Made by a program: the position numbers and the translations under genes. The notes below the pieces were generated by a model. That model was not told where the DNA came from, searched no databases, and saw only the letters and a list, made by a program, of their open reading frames with translations. Shown one piece after another: positions 7,683 through 16,962 of a stretch of DNA of 62,347 bases. How positions within the stretch are numbered: the stretch's first letter is position 1; each line of letters opens with the position of its first letter. The DNA lies in contig JASLZZ010000041.1 of assembly GCA_030754595.1 (NCBI GenBank), forward strand, positions 1-62,347, read 5' to 3'. The DNA comes from Nitrospinota bacterium (lineage in GTDB: Bacteria > UBA8248).

Positions 7683-8834
7683 TCAGGAGGCAGCCCGGTA
7701 TATCTTCTCGATGTCCTCGAGTGAGAGTTCCCTTGGGTTGAATCCGAGGAGCCTCTGCTGGGTGGTGAACGCCGCCTCGGCCAGCTCTGGGATGACGTGG
7801 GCGGGGACATCCACTTCGCTGAGCCGGGTCGGCACGCCGCAGTCCCGGCACAGCCGCTCGACCGCCGCGACCGACCGCCCGGCCGCTTCCTCGTCCGGCA
7901 GGCCGCCGACATCCTCTCCCAGTATCCGGGCGATGCGGGCGAATTTCGCCGGGTTCGCCGGAAAGTTCACCTTCACCACGTGGGAGAACATGAGCGAATT
8001 GCTCACCCCGTGGGGAATGTGAAAGCGCGACCCCAGCGGGTAGGCCAGAGCGTGAATCGCCCCCGCTCCCGCGCTGGTCAGGCAAACGCCGCCGAAGTAG
8101 GCGCCGAGCGCCATGTTGCTGCGCGCCTCGAGATCGCTTCCGTCCTCCAAGACGCGGCGGAGGGAGCCGGCGATCAGTTCCATTCCCCTCACGCTGTAAA
8201 GCTCGCTCAGAGCGGAGGAGTTAGGGTTCACGAAGGACTCGAGGCAGTGGGTGAGCGCGTCCACGCCGGAGGCGGCGGTCACCTTCTCCGGTGTCGTCAA
8301 CGTCAGCTCAGGGTCCACGATGGCCGCGTTCGGGACGATATAGGTGCTGACGATGGCGAGCTTCACGCCTTTTTCGGGCACCGAGAATATCGCGTTGGGC
8401 GTCGCCTCGGCCCCGGTTCCGCTCGTCGTCGGGATCAACGCGCAGTGAAGACCCGGCTCCTTCACCAGCTCGACCCCCAGATAGTCGCGAGGCTCGCCCG
8501 GGTTCGTGAACAGGACGGACATGGATTTGGCGAGGTCCATCGAGCTTCCCCCGCCGATCCCCACGACGAAGTCGAAGGATTCATCCCTGAAGCGCTCATA
8601 GGCCGACTCCAGATCGGCGATGGCCGGTTCGGGCGCGCACTCGCCGTAGACGGTGACATCGAGTCCGGCGGCCTTGAGCGGTTCGATGGCCCTGGCGGCG
8701 ATGCCCGCGCCCAGGACGCCCTTGTCGGTAAAAACAAGAGCCTTCTTCGCGCCGGCGAACTCGGCTTCGTCGCGGACTTTTTCGACCGTTCCGGCGCCGA
8801 ACCAGGTGCGGACGGGGTGGCGGATGTTGAACAT
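7683..8834 (-). CDS. Iron-containing alcohol dehydrogenase
   Basis: GIGGGSSMD, PTTSGTGAE, DALTHCLES, IHALAYPLG, HIPHG. Confidence 0.93.
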   Translation of the reverse strand: MFNIRHPVRTWFGAGTVEKVRDEAEFAGAKKALVFTDKGVLGAGIAARAIEPLKAAGLDVTVYGECAPEPAIADLESAYERFRDESFDFVVGIGGGSSMDLAKSMSVLFTNPGEPRDYLGVELVKEPGLHCALIPTTSGTGAEATPNAIFSVPEKGVKLAIVSTYIVPNAAIVDPELTLTTPEKVTAASGVDALTHCLESFVNPNSSALSELYSVRGMELIAGSLRRVLEDGSDLEARSNMALGAYFGGVCLTSAGAGAIHALAYPLGSRFHIPHGVSNSLMFSHVVKVNFPANPAKFARIARILGEDVGGLPDEEAAGRSVAAVERLCRDCGVPTRLSEVDVPAHVIPELAEAAFTTQQRLLGFNPRELSLEDIEKIYRAAS

Positions 8835-8999
8835 AAAAGCGTACTCCTTTCAGGGAAATTATTTCAGGTCTTCAGCCTGGTTTCGGATCGTATCCGTTCG
8901 GACCAAGTCCGTTAGGGCCCGGTCCGTCCGGCTTGGAGGCCCGCCGGTTTTGCAGCGGGGCCATTATCTCCGCCGGCAGGCGAGGGCGCAACGGCGGGA

Positions 9000-9115
9000 G
9001 CCTAGCAAGCCACACCACTCCGATACGGTGAGGAATTTCCTTGCCCTCCGGTAGACGGGGTGGCTGCGTCAAGAGGCTGGCTAGCCATCCCAGTCCGATC
9101 CGGTGAGGAGTTTCC
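9000..9115. repeat. Degenerate tandem repeat with 75-bp period overlapping the 3' end of the amidohydrolase-like gene
   Basis: 9000-9040 versus 9075-9115 match at 33/41 positions. Confidence 0.65.
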
Positions 9116-10136
9116 ATGCGTTCCAGTAGGCGAGTCGGCGGCGGGCGGGTGGGGTGAGGTTGTCCAGTATCCCGTCGCTGTAGTTTTGATGACGGCGGAC
9201 ATATTGGGCGGGTTCCAGAGCTTCCAGCGAGCTTCCGCTGATGAAGTGCGCGATCCGCGATTCGAGCACCGCCCGCCATTCCTGGGAGAATCTTCCGCCC
9301 GGATCGAATAGAAGGTTCGGCCGGGGAGCGGGGAATATGTTGGGCTCGCCGGGCGGGCGCTGGGTCAGGATTAAGTACAGATTCGGGCGGCGTAGCGTGA
9401 CGGCGCGCAAAAGCCCTTGGCCATAGGCCGGCAGTTTTTCGGGGCTGGGCAGGTAGCCGGTCCGGTTCCAGACGGCGGCGCTGCCCGGATAGGCGCGGAG
9501 CTGGCGCTCGAGCCAGCCGAGCCCGTCGTCCTCGGGTTCCATCTCGAGCCAGACGGCCGCGCCGAATTCGGCTGAAAGCCGGAGGATGGCCTCGAAGGCC
9601 GCTTTTTGTTTTTTAATCGCTGCTTCCCGGGCGCGCCTTTTCTTTCCGCTCAGGTTCAGGCCGGGGCCGAGGTCCATCCGGATGCGGCCGATGCCGAAGT
9701 CGCCCGCGCCGAGCTGGCGGCGGGTGGAGCGGAGTATCGCCCTGTCGGGCGAGGCCCAGGAGTCGCCGTCCGGCGAGGAGGTCAGGGGAACCAGGCGGGA
9801 GGGATGCTTTTTCACCGCTCTTTGGATCGTTTCGGGCCGGGGAGAGGTGACGGCCGCGAGCGCGACGCCGGCGCGGTCCATCGCCAGGACGAGGGCCGAG
9901 GTGTCCGCCCCGGGCGAGAGCATGACATCCATGTCGATGATGGGCAGGCGGTCCGCGTCGAGGAAGGCCTGGACGGTCTTGCGGTAGAGGGAGATGCGCC
10001 CCTCCCGGGTGGCGGGCGCCTCGGCGGGGGCCAGCTCGACCGGGCTCAGGCCGCAACCCGCCGTCAGGAGGCCGCACAAAAGAAGGGCTGCCGCCCGGAG
10101 AGCCGCCGCGATAGGAGGCGGTCGATGATTCGCCAT
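9081..10136 (-). CDS. Lipoprotein with degenerate amidohydrolase-like TIM barrel
   Basis: Lipobox LTAG-C; PIIDMD...MDRAGV, FGIGRI and LAYWNAWKLL resemble the Amidohydro_2 framework without metal-binding His residues. Confidence 0.65.
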   Translation of the reverse strand: MANHRPPPIAAALRAAALLLCGLLTAGCGLSPVELAPAEAPATREGRISLYRKTVQAFLDADRLPIIDMDVMLSPGADTSALVLAMDRAGVALAAVTSPRPETIQRAVKKHPSRLVPLTSSPDGDSWASPDRAILRSTRRQLGAGDFGIGRIRMDLGPGLNLSGKKRRAREAAIKKQKAAFEAILRLSAEFGAAVWLEMEPEDDGLGWLERQLRAYPGSAAVWNRTGYLPSPEKLPAYGQGLLRAVTLRRPNLYLILTQRPPGEPNIFPAPRPNLLFDPGGRFSQEWRAVLESRIAHFISGSSLEALEPAQYVRRHQNYSDGILDNLTPPARRRLAYWNAWKLLTGSDWDG

Positions 10137-10150
10137 GGGCCGTTTTCCGC

Positions 10151-10867
10151 CTAGTCCACGATGGCGACGGCGCGGATGTGGGTCCCCGTCGCGCCGACCC
10201 ATTTGAGCGGCAGTACGCTGACCGTGAACCCGTGCGCCCTCGGGATGTCGCCCAGATTGTCGAGATTCTCGATGTGCCAGTACTCGCGCTTTTGGAAAAG
10301 CCGGTGGCAGGGCCAGGGGTCCCTTCGCTCCATCATCTCCTTGATGGGCAGATCGAAGCCCGGCGCGTCGATGCCGACCACCTGCACCCCCCGGTCGATG
10401 AGCCACTCCGCGCTCTCGCCGGTCATCCCCGGATGGTCGGTCAGGTAGCGGGGCTCGTTGTTATAGTCCGAGGCCCCCGTCCACAGCAAAACAATCTCCC
10501 CGCCGGCCAGCGTGTAATTTTCCTTTGCGATCGCCGCCTCGAGATCGGCGTCCATGATCGGCTCGCCGGGCTTCAGGTGCCGCAGGTCGAGCCTCAGGCC
10601 GGGGCCGTAGCATTTCTCGATGGGAATGGCCTCGGAGGGCGAGTCGTTCCGCCCGCCGTGGCTCCGCGCGTCGATGTGGGTGCCGCAGTGCTCGCTGAAG
10701 ATGCAGACGCTGTGGGCGAAAAGCTCGGGAAACCCCATCTTGTCTGTCCCGATCCGCTTGGCCGACTCGAACGTCGTCTCCACCGTTTTGATCAGCGGCT
10801 GCATCGTGCCCGGGTAGTACTGCATCGATTGATGAACGGGCATGGAAAGATCGATGAGGGTGGCCAT
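10151..10867 (-). CDS. Cyclase family (kynurenine formamidase-like) metallohydrolase
   Basis: IDLSMPV, HCGTHIDARSH, VGIDAPGFD, HIENL, IRAVAIV. Confidence 0.92.
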   Translation of the reverse strand: MATLIDLSMPVHQSMQYYPGTMQPLIKTVETTFESAKRIGTDKMGFPELFAHSVCIFSEHCGTHIDARSHGGRNDSPSEAIPIEKCYGPGLRLDLRHLKPGEPIMDADLEAAIAKENYTLAGGEIVLLWTGASDYNNEPRYLTDHPGMTGESAEWLIDRGVQVVGIDAPGFDLPIKEMMERRDPWPCHRLFQKREYWHIENLDNLGDIPRAHGFTVSVLPLKWVGATGTHIRAVAIVD

Positions 10868-10955
10868 CGGTGAATCTCCTGTTTCGGGAATCGATTTGCC
10901 CGCGGGGTGTTTACCCGGGGGGCGGCTGCCCGAGGGGTGGCTATCCGAGGGTAGC

Positions 10956-11674
10956 CTAGATGATCCCCGGTGCGTATCTCACGAAATCCCACCACCAGAT
11001 TTTGCGGAGGAGGTCTTCGAGCTTGCCGAGCATCTCGGCGCTGCGCTCGGTGCCGGCGGAGGCTTCCTTCCAGGCGTCTCTCCCGAGGATGTCGGGAGAG
11101 GACATCACGAGGAAGGCGAGGAAGGCCTGCTGGCCGTCCTGTTTTCCCTGCATCCTCGTCTCGGCGGTCTTGATGTCCGAGACCTTCTCCGTCCGGCGGA
11201 ACAGCCGCGCCCGCAGCACGGGCTCGAGGGCGCAGAGGCGGGGGAAGTGCTCCTCCTCGTACCAGGCGATGAGATCTTCTTCGGCCCCCTCGGCCGGGTC
11301 GGACCGGACGGTGTAGATGTAGGGCGCCTCGGCCCGGGGCCGCTCTCCACAGGAGACCGCGAGCTCGTAGACGCCGCGCCGGGCGTCCCGGATGACGCCC
11401 ATGGATTTCCGGGTCCAGGGGGTCGGGTTGTTGCGCGATTCGAGATAGTAGGGGCTGTCGAAGGTGGCCAGATCGATTCCCTCGAAGACGGTGAGGCGTT
11501 TGTGGCGGCCCCCCCCCCGTCCTCGCTGTTATAGCGGCGGCAGGCGATGTAGCCCGGCCCCTCGAGGCGCTCGGCCGTGTGCTCGAGGTTGTGCCACTTG
11601 TGGATATCGTCCTCGCTCTCTTTCGGTATGTTGGACCAGACGGCGGTGATGGCCCCGGCTTCGGGCAGGCTCAT
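10956..11674 (-). pseudogene. Two-repeat dimeric alpha+beta barrel (EthD/DUF4286-like) protein, frameshifted in a 10-G run
   Basis: N-half KWHNLEHTAERLEGPGYIACRRY in ORF 11105-11674; continues in another frame (RLTVFE...SPYY...WYEEEHFPRL) after the C10 run at 11509-11518. Confidence 0.75.
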
Positions 11675-11693
11675 TGAATTCCCCCTTGGACGG

Positions 11694-12119
11694 TTATGGA
11701 CCCAGGATTTCGATTAAATTTCCCTCGGGGTCGCGCATGAACACCATTTGCATCTCGGGCGTCCGGCGGATGGGCTCGCTCAGGAAATCGACGCCCTTCG
11801 CCCGCCATTCCTCGTAGGTGGACGCCATGTCCTTCACCCACATCGTGATGTAGCGAAAGCCCGACTGCCCGTCCGCCCCGGCGGGTCCCGCGGGCGGCGC
11901 GTCCGGAAAGTGAACGAGCTTCAGGTTCACGTCGCCGAATTCCATGTATTGAATGTCGAAAGCCCCCCCGGCGACCCCGCCCTCGCGGGCCGTCTCCGCG
12001 TCCACCGGTATCTGCCGGGTCGGGGTCATCCCGAGCTTGTCCCGGTAAAATTCGAGAGCCTTTTCAAAATCACGCACTACGAGCCCGATGTCCAGAACGG
12101 GCCGCGACAGCTCCACCAT
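11694..12119 (-). CDS. VOC/glyoxalase family protein
   Basis: IGLVVRDFEKALEFYRDKLG, FMRDPEGNLIEI. Confidence 0.9.
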   Translation of the reverse strand: MVELSRPVLDIGLVVRDFEKALEFYRDKLGMTPTRQIPVDAETAREGGVAGGAFDIQYMEFGDVNLKLVHFPDAPPAGPAGADGQSGFRYITMWVKDMASTYEEWRAKGVDFLSEPIRRTPEMQMVFMRDPEGNLIEILGP

Positions 12120-12131
12120 GACGTTTCCTCC

Positions 12132-13565
12132 CTAATCCTTGATATTCGCGAGCCATTTGGCGTATTCGACCGCCGGGGCGGTATTGTGCTCGCGCCAGAT
12201 GGTCATCTTCTCGGCCTCGATCGAGCCCTCGGCGTGGATGGCGAGGACGGCCTGATAGCCGGCGAAGTCTGTAGCCGTGATCTCGGCGATGAGGTTCATC
12301 AGCCGCAGGCGGTCCCCGGCGGAGACCCCCCCGGCGGCGCCCAAGTATTTCTCGACCAGCTCGCCCAGGCGCGGGTCGTTCAAATCCTCCTCGGTCGGCC
12401 CGGTGACGAGGAGGCCGCCCGCGATGTCCTGCACCCAGGCGAGGGCCTGGTGATAGCCGGTGGCGAAGTGGAGCTTGGCGATGTTCACCGTTTCGACGTC
12501 GGGGACGGCGACGCCGTCCACCATCCGGCACTCCCGCGCCGCCTCGCTGGTCATCCCCCGGAGTATCCGGGCGTAGCTGATGAGCTTGGCCAGCTTGTCG
12601 CGCACATGGTTCGCCCGGAGGATGCCGTTGTACTCGGCCATCAGGTACGAGGCGCCAACGAAAAGATCGACCAGCGGGAGCTTGTAGCTCACCGCCGTGA
12701 AGCGGTGATACTCGACGAAGGTTTTTGCAAGAGGCCCGGCCATCCCCGTCTCGCCGTTCATGAACACCCGCTCCCAGGGCACCTTCACATCCTCGAAGAT
12801 GGTGAGCGTCTCCATCATCTTGTGTTTCGAGGCGATGGGGTGCTCGAACTCGTTTCCGCTCCTGCCGTAGCCAGAGCAGATCATGGTGAGCCCCGGCGCG
12901 TTCGCCGGCACCGCGCAGGCGACGGCGTAGCCCTCGTCGCCCTCGCCCATGTTCCGGGTGGGCAGAACGATGATCTCGTGCGCGTTCGTCGATACCGAGG
13001 TGTGCACCTTCGCCCCGCGCAGGACGATGCCCTCGGCGTCCTGGGAGACGACGCGGACATAATAATCCGGGTGGACCTGATCGGATGGCCCCTTGCCCCG
13101 GTCGCCTTTTACGTCGGTCTGGGCGACCGCGATGGCGAGGTCGTTATCACGGCAGTGCTCATAGAATTTTTTCACGCGCGGGAGATAATCGGTGCCCGTC
13201 TCGCGGTCCATGTAGGCGGCGATGAGGTGGAGGGCGAAAAGGGCGTCGGTCCCGATCTCCTTGATGAGCACGACGAGCGTTCCGCCCAGGGCGGTGGCAC
13301 GCTCTATCAGGGCGCTGCGCTTCAGGAGGTCTTCGGCGTTTTCGGGGATGTGGTAGTACCGCGAAAAAGGCCCCGCCGGGCCGTCCACGACGGCCAGTTC
13401 GCGGTCAGAGCCCCCGTGCGCCATTTCGTAGTCGATGGCGGCGTGATCGACGGCGAGTCCGATTGTCGGGTGCGCCGTAACGTCCTCGACCGGCTCTCCC
13501 CGGTAGAAAACCCGCCGCCCGTCCCTCAGGCTCGCTTTGTACTCCTCCGGGCTCATCAGGGGCAT
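12132..13565 (-). CDS. 4-hydroxyphenylacetate 3-hydroxylase / 4-hydroxybutyryl-CoA dehydratase family flavoprotein
   Basis: YKASLRDGRRVFYRGEPVEDV, AQTDVKGDRG, GIVLRGAK, IFEDVKVPWERVF, HAEGS. Confidence 0.88.
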   Translation of the reverse strand: MPLMSPEEYKASLRDGRRVFYRGEPVEDVTAHPTIGLAVDHAAIDYEMAHGGSDRELAVVDGPAGPFSRYYHIPENAEDLLKRSALIERATALGGTLVVLIKEIGTDALFALHLIAAYMDRETGTDYLPRVKKFYEHCRDNDLAIAVAQTDVKGDRGKGPSDQVHPDYYVRVVSQDAEGIVLRGAKVHTSVSTNAHEIIVLPTRNMGEGDEGYAVACAVPANAPGLTMICSGYGRSGNEFEHPIASKHKMMETLTIFEDVKVPWERVFMNGETGMAGPLAKTFVEYHRFTAVSYKLPLVDLFVGASYLMAEYNGILRANHVRDKLAKLISYARILRGMTSEAARECRMVDGVAVPDVETVNIAKLHFATGYHQALAWVQDIAGGLLVTGPTEEDLNDPRLGELVEKYLGAAGGVSAGDRLRLMNLIAEITATDFAGYQAVLAIHAEGSIEAEKMTIWREHNTAPAVEYAKWLANIKD

Positions 13566-13715
13566 GGTCCGCTCTCCTCGATTCAGTTGATTGGGTGCTC
13601 TTAGAATAGCGGCTATCGGCCCCGGCGGGAAGCGGGGGAGGGGCCAGAGCCGGAGCCGGGGGCCGGCGCCAGGGCGCTGAGCTTGACCGGGGGGTGATCG
13701 AAGCGGCGCGGTCGC

Positions 13716-13749
13716 AAAAAAAGGCCTCCCTCCCGGAAGGCCCCTTTTT
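13716..13749 (-). terminator. Rho-independent terminator downstream of grxC (possibly bidirectional)
   Basis: A7-GGCCTCCC-loop-GGAAGGCC-CC-T5. Confidence 0.65.
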
Positions 13750-13806
13750 ATGTTCGCTTGTTCGGAATTAGGCTTCGAATCTACCCATTGAATATACGTC
13801 TCGAAT

Positions 13807-14067
13807 CTACCCCTCGGCGGCGAGCTCGGCCAGGCGGCCCTGCTTGTCGAGGTTTTGAAGCTGGGGGAACCCGCCGATCGCCTCTCCGTTGATGATGATC
13901 TGGGGGGCCGACCTTCCGCCCGTGCGCTCCCTCATCGCGTCCCACTCGGGGGTATGGCCGAAGACAAGGTGCTCTTTGTAATCGAGCCCCCGTTTTTTAA
14001 GCAGGGTTTTTGCGGCCATGCAAAAGGTGCAGGGCTCGGTGGTATAGACTTCGATCTCAGCCGCCAT
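13807..14067 (-). CDS. grxC: Glutaredoxin 3
   Basis: CTFC active site, SAPQIIINGEAIGGF. Confidence 0.88.
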   Translation of the reverse strand: MAAEIEVYTTEPCTFCMAAKTLLKKRGLDYKEHLVFGHTPEWDAMRERTGGRSAPQIIINGEAIGGFPQLQNLDKQGRLAELAAEG

Positions 14068-14347
14068 TGCATGTCTCCCAGGAAATGACTGGTAGCCCGA
14101 TGGGGCGTGTTTTCTAGTTCTCAGAATCCTGTTCGCGGTTTCTGGTTCCCGAATCTTGAATCCCGGTTCGCGGGTTGGAAAGCTACCAAAAAAGAGGGGC
14201 CCCCGTCATCCCCGCTACTCTTCCCGGCGGGTGGCCCGGTGGGCGGGAAGGAGGGCGAGTGGTGGAGGCCTAAGTGACTGAATTTCTCGGGCTTTCAAGA
14301 CCCCCCGATTCCCCCGAACAATATGGCGATTCCCGGTGAAAAAAATA

Positions 14348-14376
14348 TTGACTTCCCCCCGGAATGGGGGTAAAAG
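14348..14376 (+). promoter_or_regulatory. Putative sigma-70 promoter of the polyamine operon
   Basis: TTGACT-N17-TAAAAG preceded by an A-tract. Confidence 0.5.
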
Positions 14377-14388
14377 ATCGCCCCTGGC

Positions 14389-14427
14389 GTTTAGTAAAGA
14401 ATGTTTTGTATGAGTGGTTTACTAAAC
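14389..14427. promoter_or_regulatory. Putative operator, perfect 10-bp inverted repeat
   Basis: GTTTAGTAAA (14389-14398) N19 TTTACTAAAC (14418-14427), immediately downstream of the promoter. Confidence 0.6.
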
Positions 14428-14454
14428 TTCCGTCTCGTTCGAAGGGAGTGTCTC

Positions 14455-15102
14455 TTGGGCGCCGCCAGAAACAGCAAAACGCGGAAAAACGGTGTGCCGG
14501 GCGCCGGCGCTAATGGCGGCGCTCGGGGCGACAGCCCGAACGGCGGAGCGGGCGGCGGCGAAATCTGGCAGGTCGGGGAGCGCATCCGGGACCTGCGAAT
14601 GTCCTACCGGCTGACCCAGGAGGAGCTCGCTCACCGCTCAAGCCTCACGAAGGGATTCATCAGCCAGCTCGAGCGGGACCTGAGTTCGCCCTCGCTCGAG
14701 AGCCTGGTGGGGATCCTGCGGGCGCTGGACACCGATATCGTCACCTTCTTCAAGGATCAGGAAGAAGAGGGTTTCGTCTTCGGGGAGGAAGACGCCGTTA
14801 ACACCGACACCTACCCCGAGGTGGCCGAGTTCCGGCTGCTGGTTCCGGGCGGGGCCAACTGCGACATGGAGCCGGCCCTCGTCACCCTCGCGCCGGGACA
14901 GGAGATCACGGAAAAATCCCACGCCGGCGAGGAGTTCGGCTACGTCCTTCAGGGACAAGTGCAAGTGACCTACGGGGAGCGCCGGATGACCGCGCGGCGC
15001 GGGCAGTGTTTCTACTTTGTCGCCGACCGGGGCCACAAGCTGGCAAACCCGTTTTCAAGGCGGGCGAAGGTTCTTTGGGTTTCATCCCCGCCGGGTTTCT
15101 AG
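14455..15102 (+). CDS. XRE-family HTH-cupin transcriptional regulator (PuuR-like)
   Basis: GERIRDLR..LTQEELAHRSSLTKGFISQLERDLSSPSL HTH; SHAGEEFGYVLQG cupin; TTG start with AAGGGAG RBS (start uncertain). Confidence 0.88.
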   Translation: MGAARNSKTRKNGVPGAGANGGARGDSPNGGAGGGEIWQVGERIRDLRMSYRLTQEELAHRSSLTKGFISQLERDLSSPSLESLVGILRALDTDIVTFFKDQEEEGFVFGEEDAVNTDTYPEVAEFRLLVPGGANCDMEPALVTLAPGQEITEKSHAGEEFGYVLQGQVQVTYGERRMTARRGQCFYFVADRGHKLANPFSRRAKVLWVSSPPGF

Positions 15103-15162
15103 TTGAGGGCGGGACAAACTACAACGGGGCCCGCGGCCCCAGGAAGCGGAGGCGGGGGCGGA

Positions 15163-15585
15163 GTGAATTCCCTGGGCAGGCATATTCTGGCTGAATTTTA
15201 TGAGTGCGACCCGGCGATGCTCAACGACCCGGCGGCCACCGAGCGTGCGATGAACGAGGCCGCCGAGGTCAGCGGCGCGACGATCGTTCAGAGCGTGTTC
15301 CATATGTTCAGCCCTTACGGGGTGAGCGGGGTGGTCGTCGTGGCCGAGAGTCATCTCGCGGTGCACACCTGGCCCGAGTACGGTTTTGCGGCGGTGGATT
15401 ATTTCACCTGCGGCGAGGTGGATGCCGGGGCGGCGATCCGGTGCCTTGAGGAAAGGTTCGGGGCCGGGCGTGTGACATCGCGGGAGATCGAACGGGGCGC
15501 GCTCGGCGTTTTCGGGCAGGGCCCCGGAAGTGGAGAGCGCGCTGGGGTCCTGGCGAGCCCCGGGAACGGGGAGGAAACGCGATGA
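15163..15585 (+). CDS. speD: S-adenosylmethionine decarboxylase proenzyme
   Basis: [38 protein letters not shown]. Confidence 0.92.
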   Translation: MNSLGRHILAEFYECDPAMLNDPAATERAMNEAAEVSGATIVQSVFHMFSPYGVSGVVVVAESHLAVHTWPEYGFAAVDYFTCGEVDAGAAIRCLEERFGAGRVTSREIERGALGVFGQGPGSGERAGVLASPGNGEETR

Positions 15586-16049
15586 TCTTCACGGTCCCGA
15601 CGAAATACTATTTCGCCTATGGCTGCGCGGAGGGCTACACCCTTCTCAACGCCTTCGACTCCGCCCTCATCAACGCCGGGGTCGGCAACACGAATCTAGT
15701 CAAGATGAGCAGCATCCTGCCTCCCCGGTGCGAGAAGGTCCCGCCGGTCAGGCTCCCGCAGGGCGCCCTGGTGCCGGCGGCCTACTCCTCGGTCGAGTCC
15801 GACCGGCCGGGCGAGATCATCACGGCGGCGGTGGCGGTGGCCTATCCCAAAGACGAGGATCATTGCGGTCTGATCATGGAATACCACGAGGCCGCTCCCC
15901 GGGATGAGGTCGAGGTCAAGGTCCGCCGGATGGCCGAGGAGGGGATGAGGTTCCGCGGCCAGAAAATAATCAGGGTCGAAAGCGTGGCCGCCGAGCACAC
16001 CGTCGAGAAAAAGGGGGCGGCGTTCGCCGCCGTGGTCTTGTGGGATTAG
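15582..16049 (+). CDS. pdaD: Pyruvoyl-dependent arginine decarboxylase
   Basis: [26 protein letters not shown] (Ser-Ser cleavage site), GLIMEY. Confidence 0.9.
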   Translation: MIFTVPTKYYFAYGCAEGYTLLNAFDSALINAGVGNTNLVKMSSILPPRCEKVPPVRLPQGALVPAAYSSVESDRPGEIITAAVAVAYPKDEDHCGLIMEYHEAAPRDEVEVKVRRMAEEGMRFRGQKIIRVESVAAEHTVEKKGAAFAAVVLWD

Positions 16050-16053
16050 GCTT

Positions 16054-16962
16054 GTGACGGTGAACAAGCGGCCCTTTTTCCAGCCGGCCGCCTCCCACCA
16101 GCCGGCGGGGCCCCCGGGCGGTCATATCTGGTTCACCGAGTACCACTCTCCCGCGAGCGGAATCACCGTCCGGGCCGAAAAAACCCTGTTCACCGGAAAA
16201 AGCGCGTTTCAGGAGATCGCCCTCCTCGAGACGGAGGACTACGGGCGGATGCTCGTCCTCGACGGAGCGATTCAGACGACCGAGCGGGACGAGTTCGTCT
16301 ACCACGAGATGATCGTCCACGTGCCGCTATGCACCCACCCGAGGCCCCGGCGGGTCCTCATCGTTGGAGGAGGGGATGGGGGCTGTGTCCGCGAGGCGCT
16401 CCGCCACCCCGAGGTGGAGCGGGTGACGCTCGTCGAGATCGACGGGATGATGGTGGAACTGTGCCGGAAGTTTTTGCCGAAAATCGCCGGGAGCCTCGGC
16501 GACCCCCGCGTCGAGGTGTGCATCGAGGACGGGGTGAGGTTCGTAAAAAATCATAAGCGGGCCTTCGATGTGATTATCGTGGACTCGACCGACCCGGTGA
16601 ACATGGCCTCACCGTTGACGCGGGCGCCGTTTTTACGCGCGGCCAAGGAGGCGCTGGCGCCGGGGGGGGTCTACGCATGCCAGTCCCAGGGCCCGGTTTT
16701 CGAGGCGCGGGGGATGCGCCGCATCGCGCGGACGATCAGGAAAGTGTTCCCGGACGCGGCGCACTATCTGGCGAGCGTGCCCACCTACCCGGGCGGGATG
16801 TGGAGCTTCGCGCTGGCCTCGAAGGCCGGCAAGCGCCCGGCCGCCGCTTCCTTTGCCCCCCCGCGCCCGCTGCCGAAGGGCGCGTTGACGCGCTACTACA
16901 CCCCTGAAATCCACCGGGCGGCGTTCGCGCTTCCGCGCTTCGTTCAGGAGATCATCCGGTGA
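16054..16962 (+). CDS. speE: Polyamine aminopropyltransferase (spermidine synthase)
   Basis: LVLDGAIQTTERDEFVYHE, GGGDGG, VEID, DSTDP, YYTPEIHRAAF. Confidence 0.95.
   Translation: MTVNKRPFFQPAASHQPAGPPGGHIWFTEYHSPASGITVRAEKTLFTGKSAFQEIALLETEDYGRMLVLDGAIQTTERDEFVYHEMIVHVPLCTHPRPRRVLIVGGGDGGCVREALRHPEVERVTLVEIDGMMVELCRKFLPKIAGSLGDPRVEVCIEDGVRFVKNHKRAFDVIIVDSTDPVNMASPLTRAPFLRAAKEALAPGGVYACQSQGPVFEARGMRRIARTIRKVFPDAAHYLASVPTYPGGMWSFALASKAGKRPAAASFAPPRPLPKGALTRYYTPEIHRAAFALPRFVQEIIR

Noticed and set aside
11748..13604. 618-aa plus-strand ORF
   Set aside because: Antisense shadow of the HpaB/AbfD-like and VOC genes, typical of high-GC DNA; no motifs
13775..13812. 12-bp direct repeat TCGAATCTACCC around the grxC stop, resembling a tRNA T-arm or att site
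   Set aside because: No cloverleaf or integrase; most likely a small local duplication
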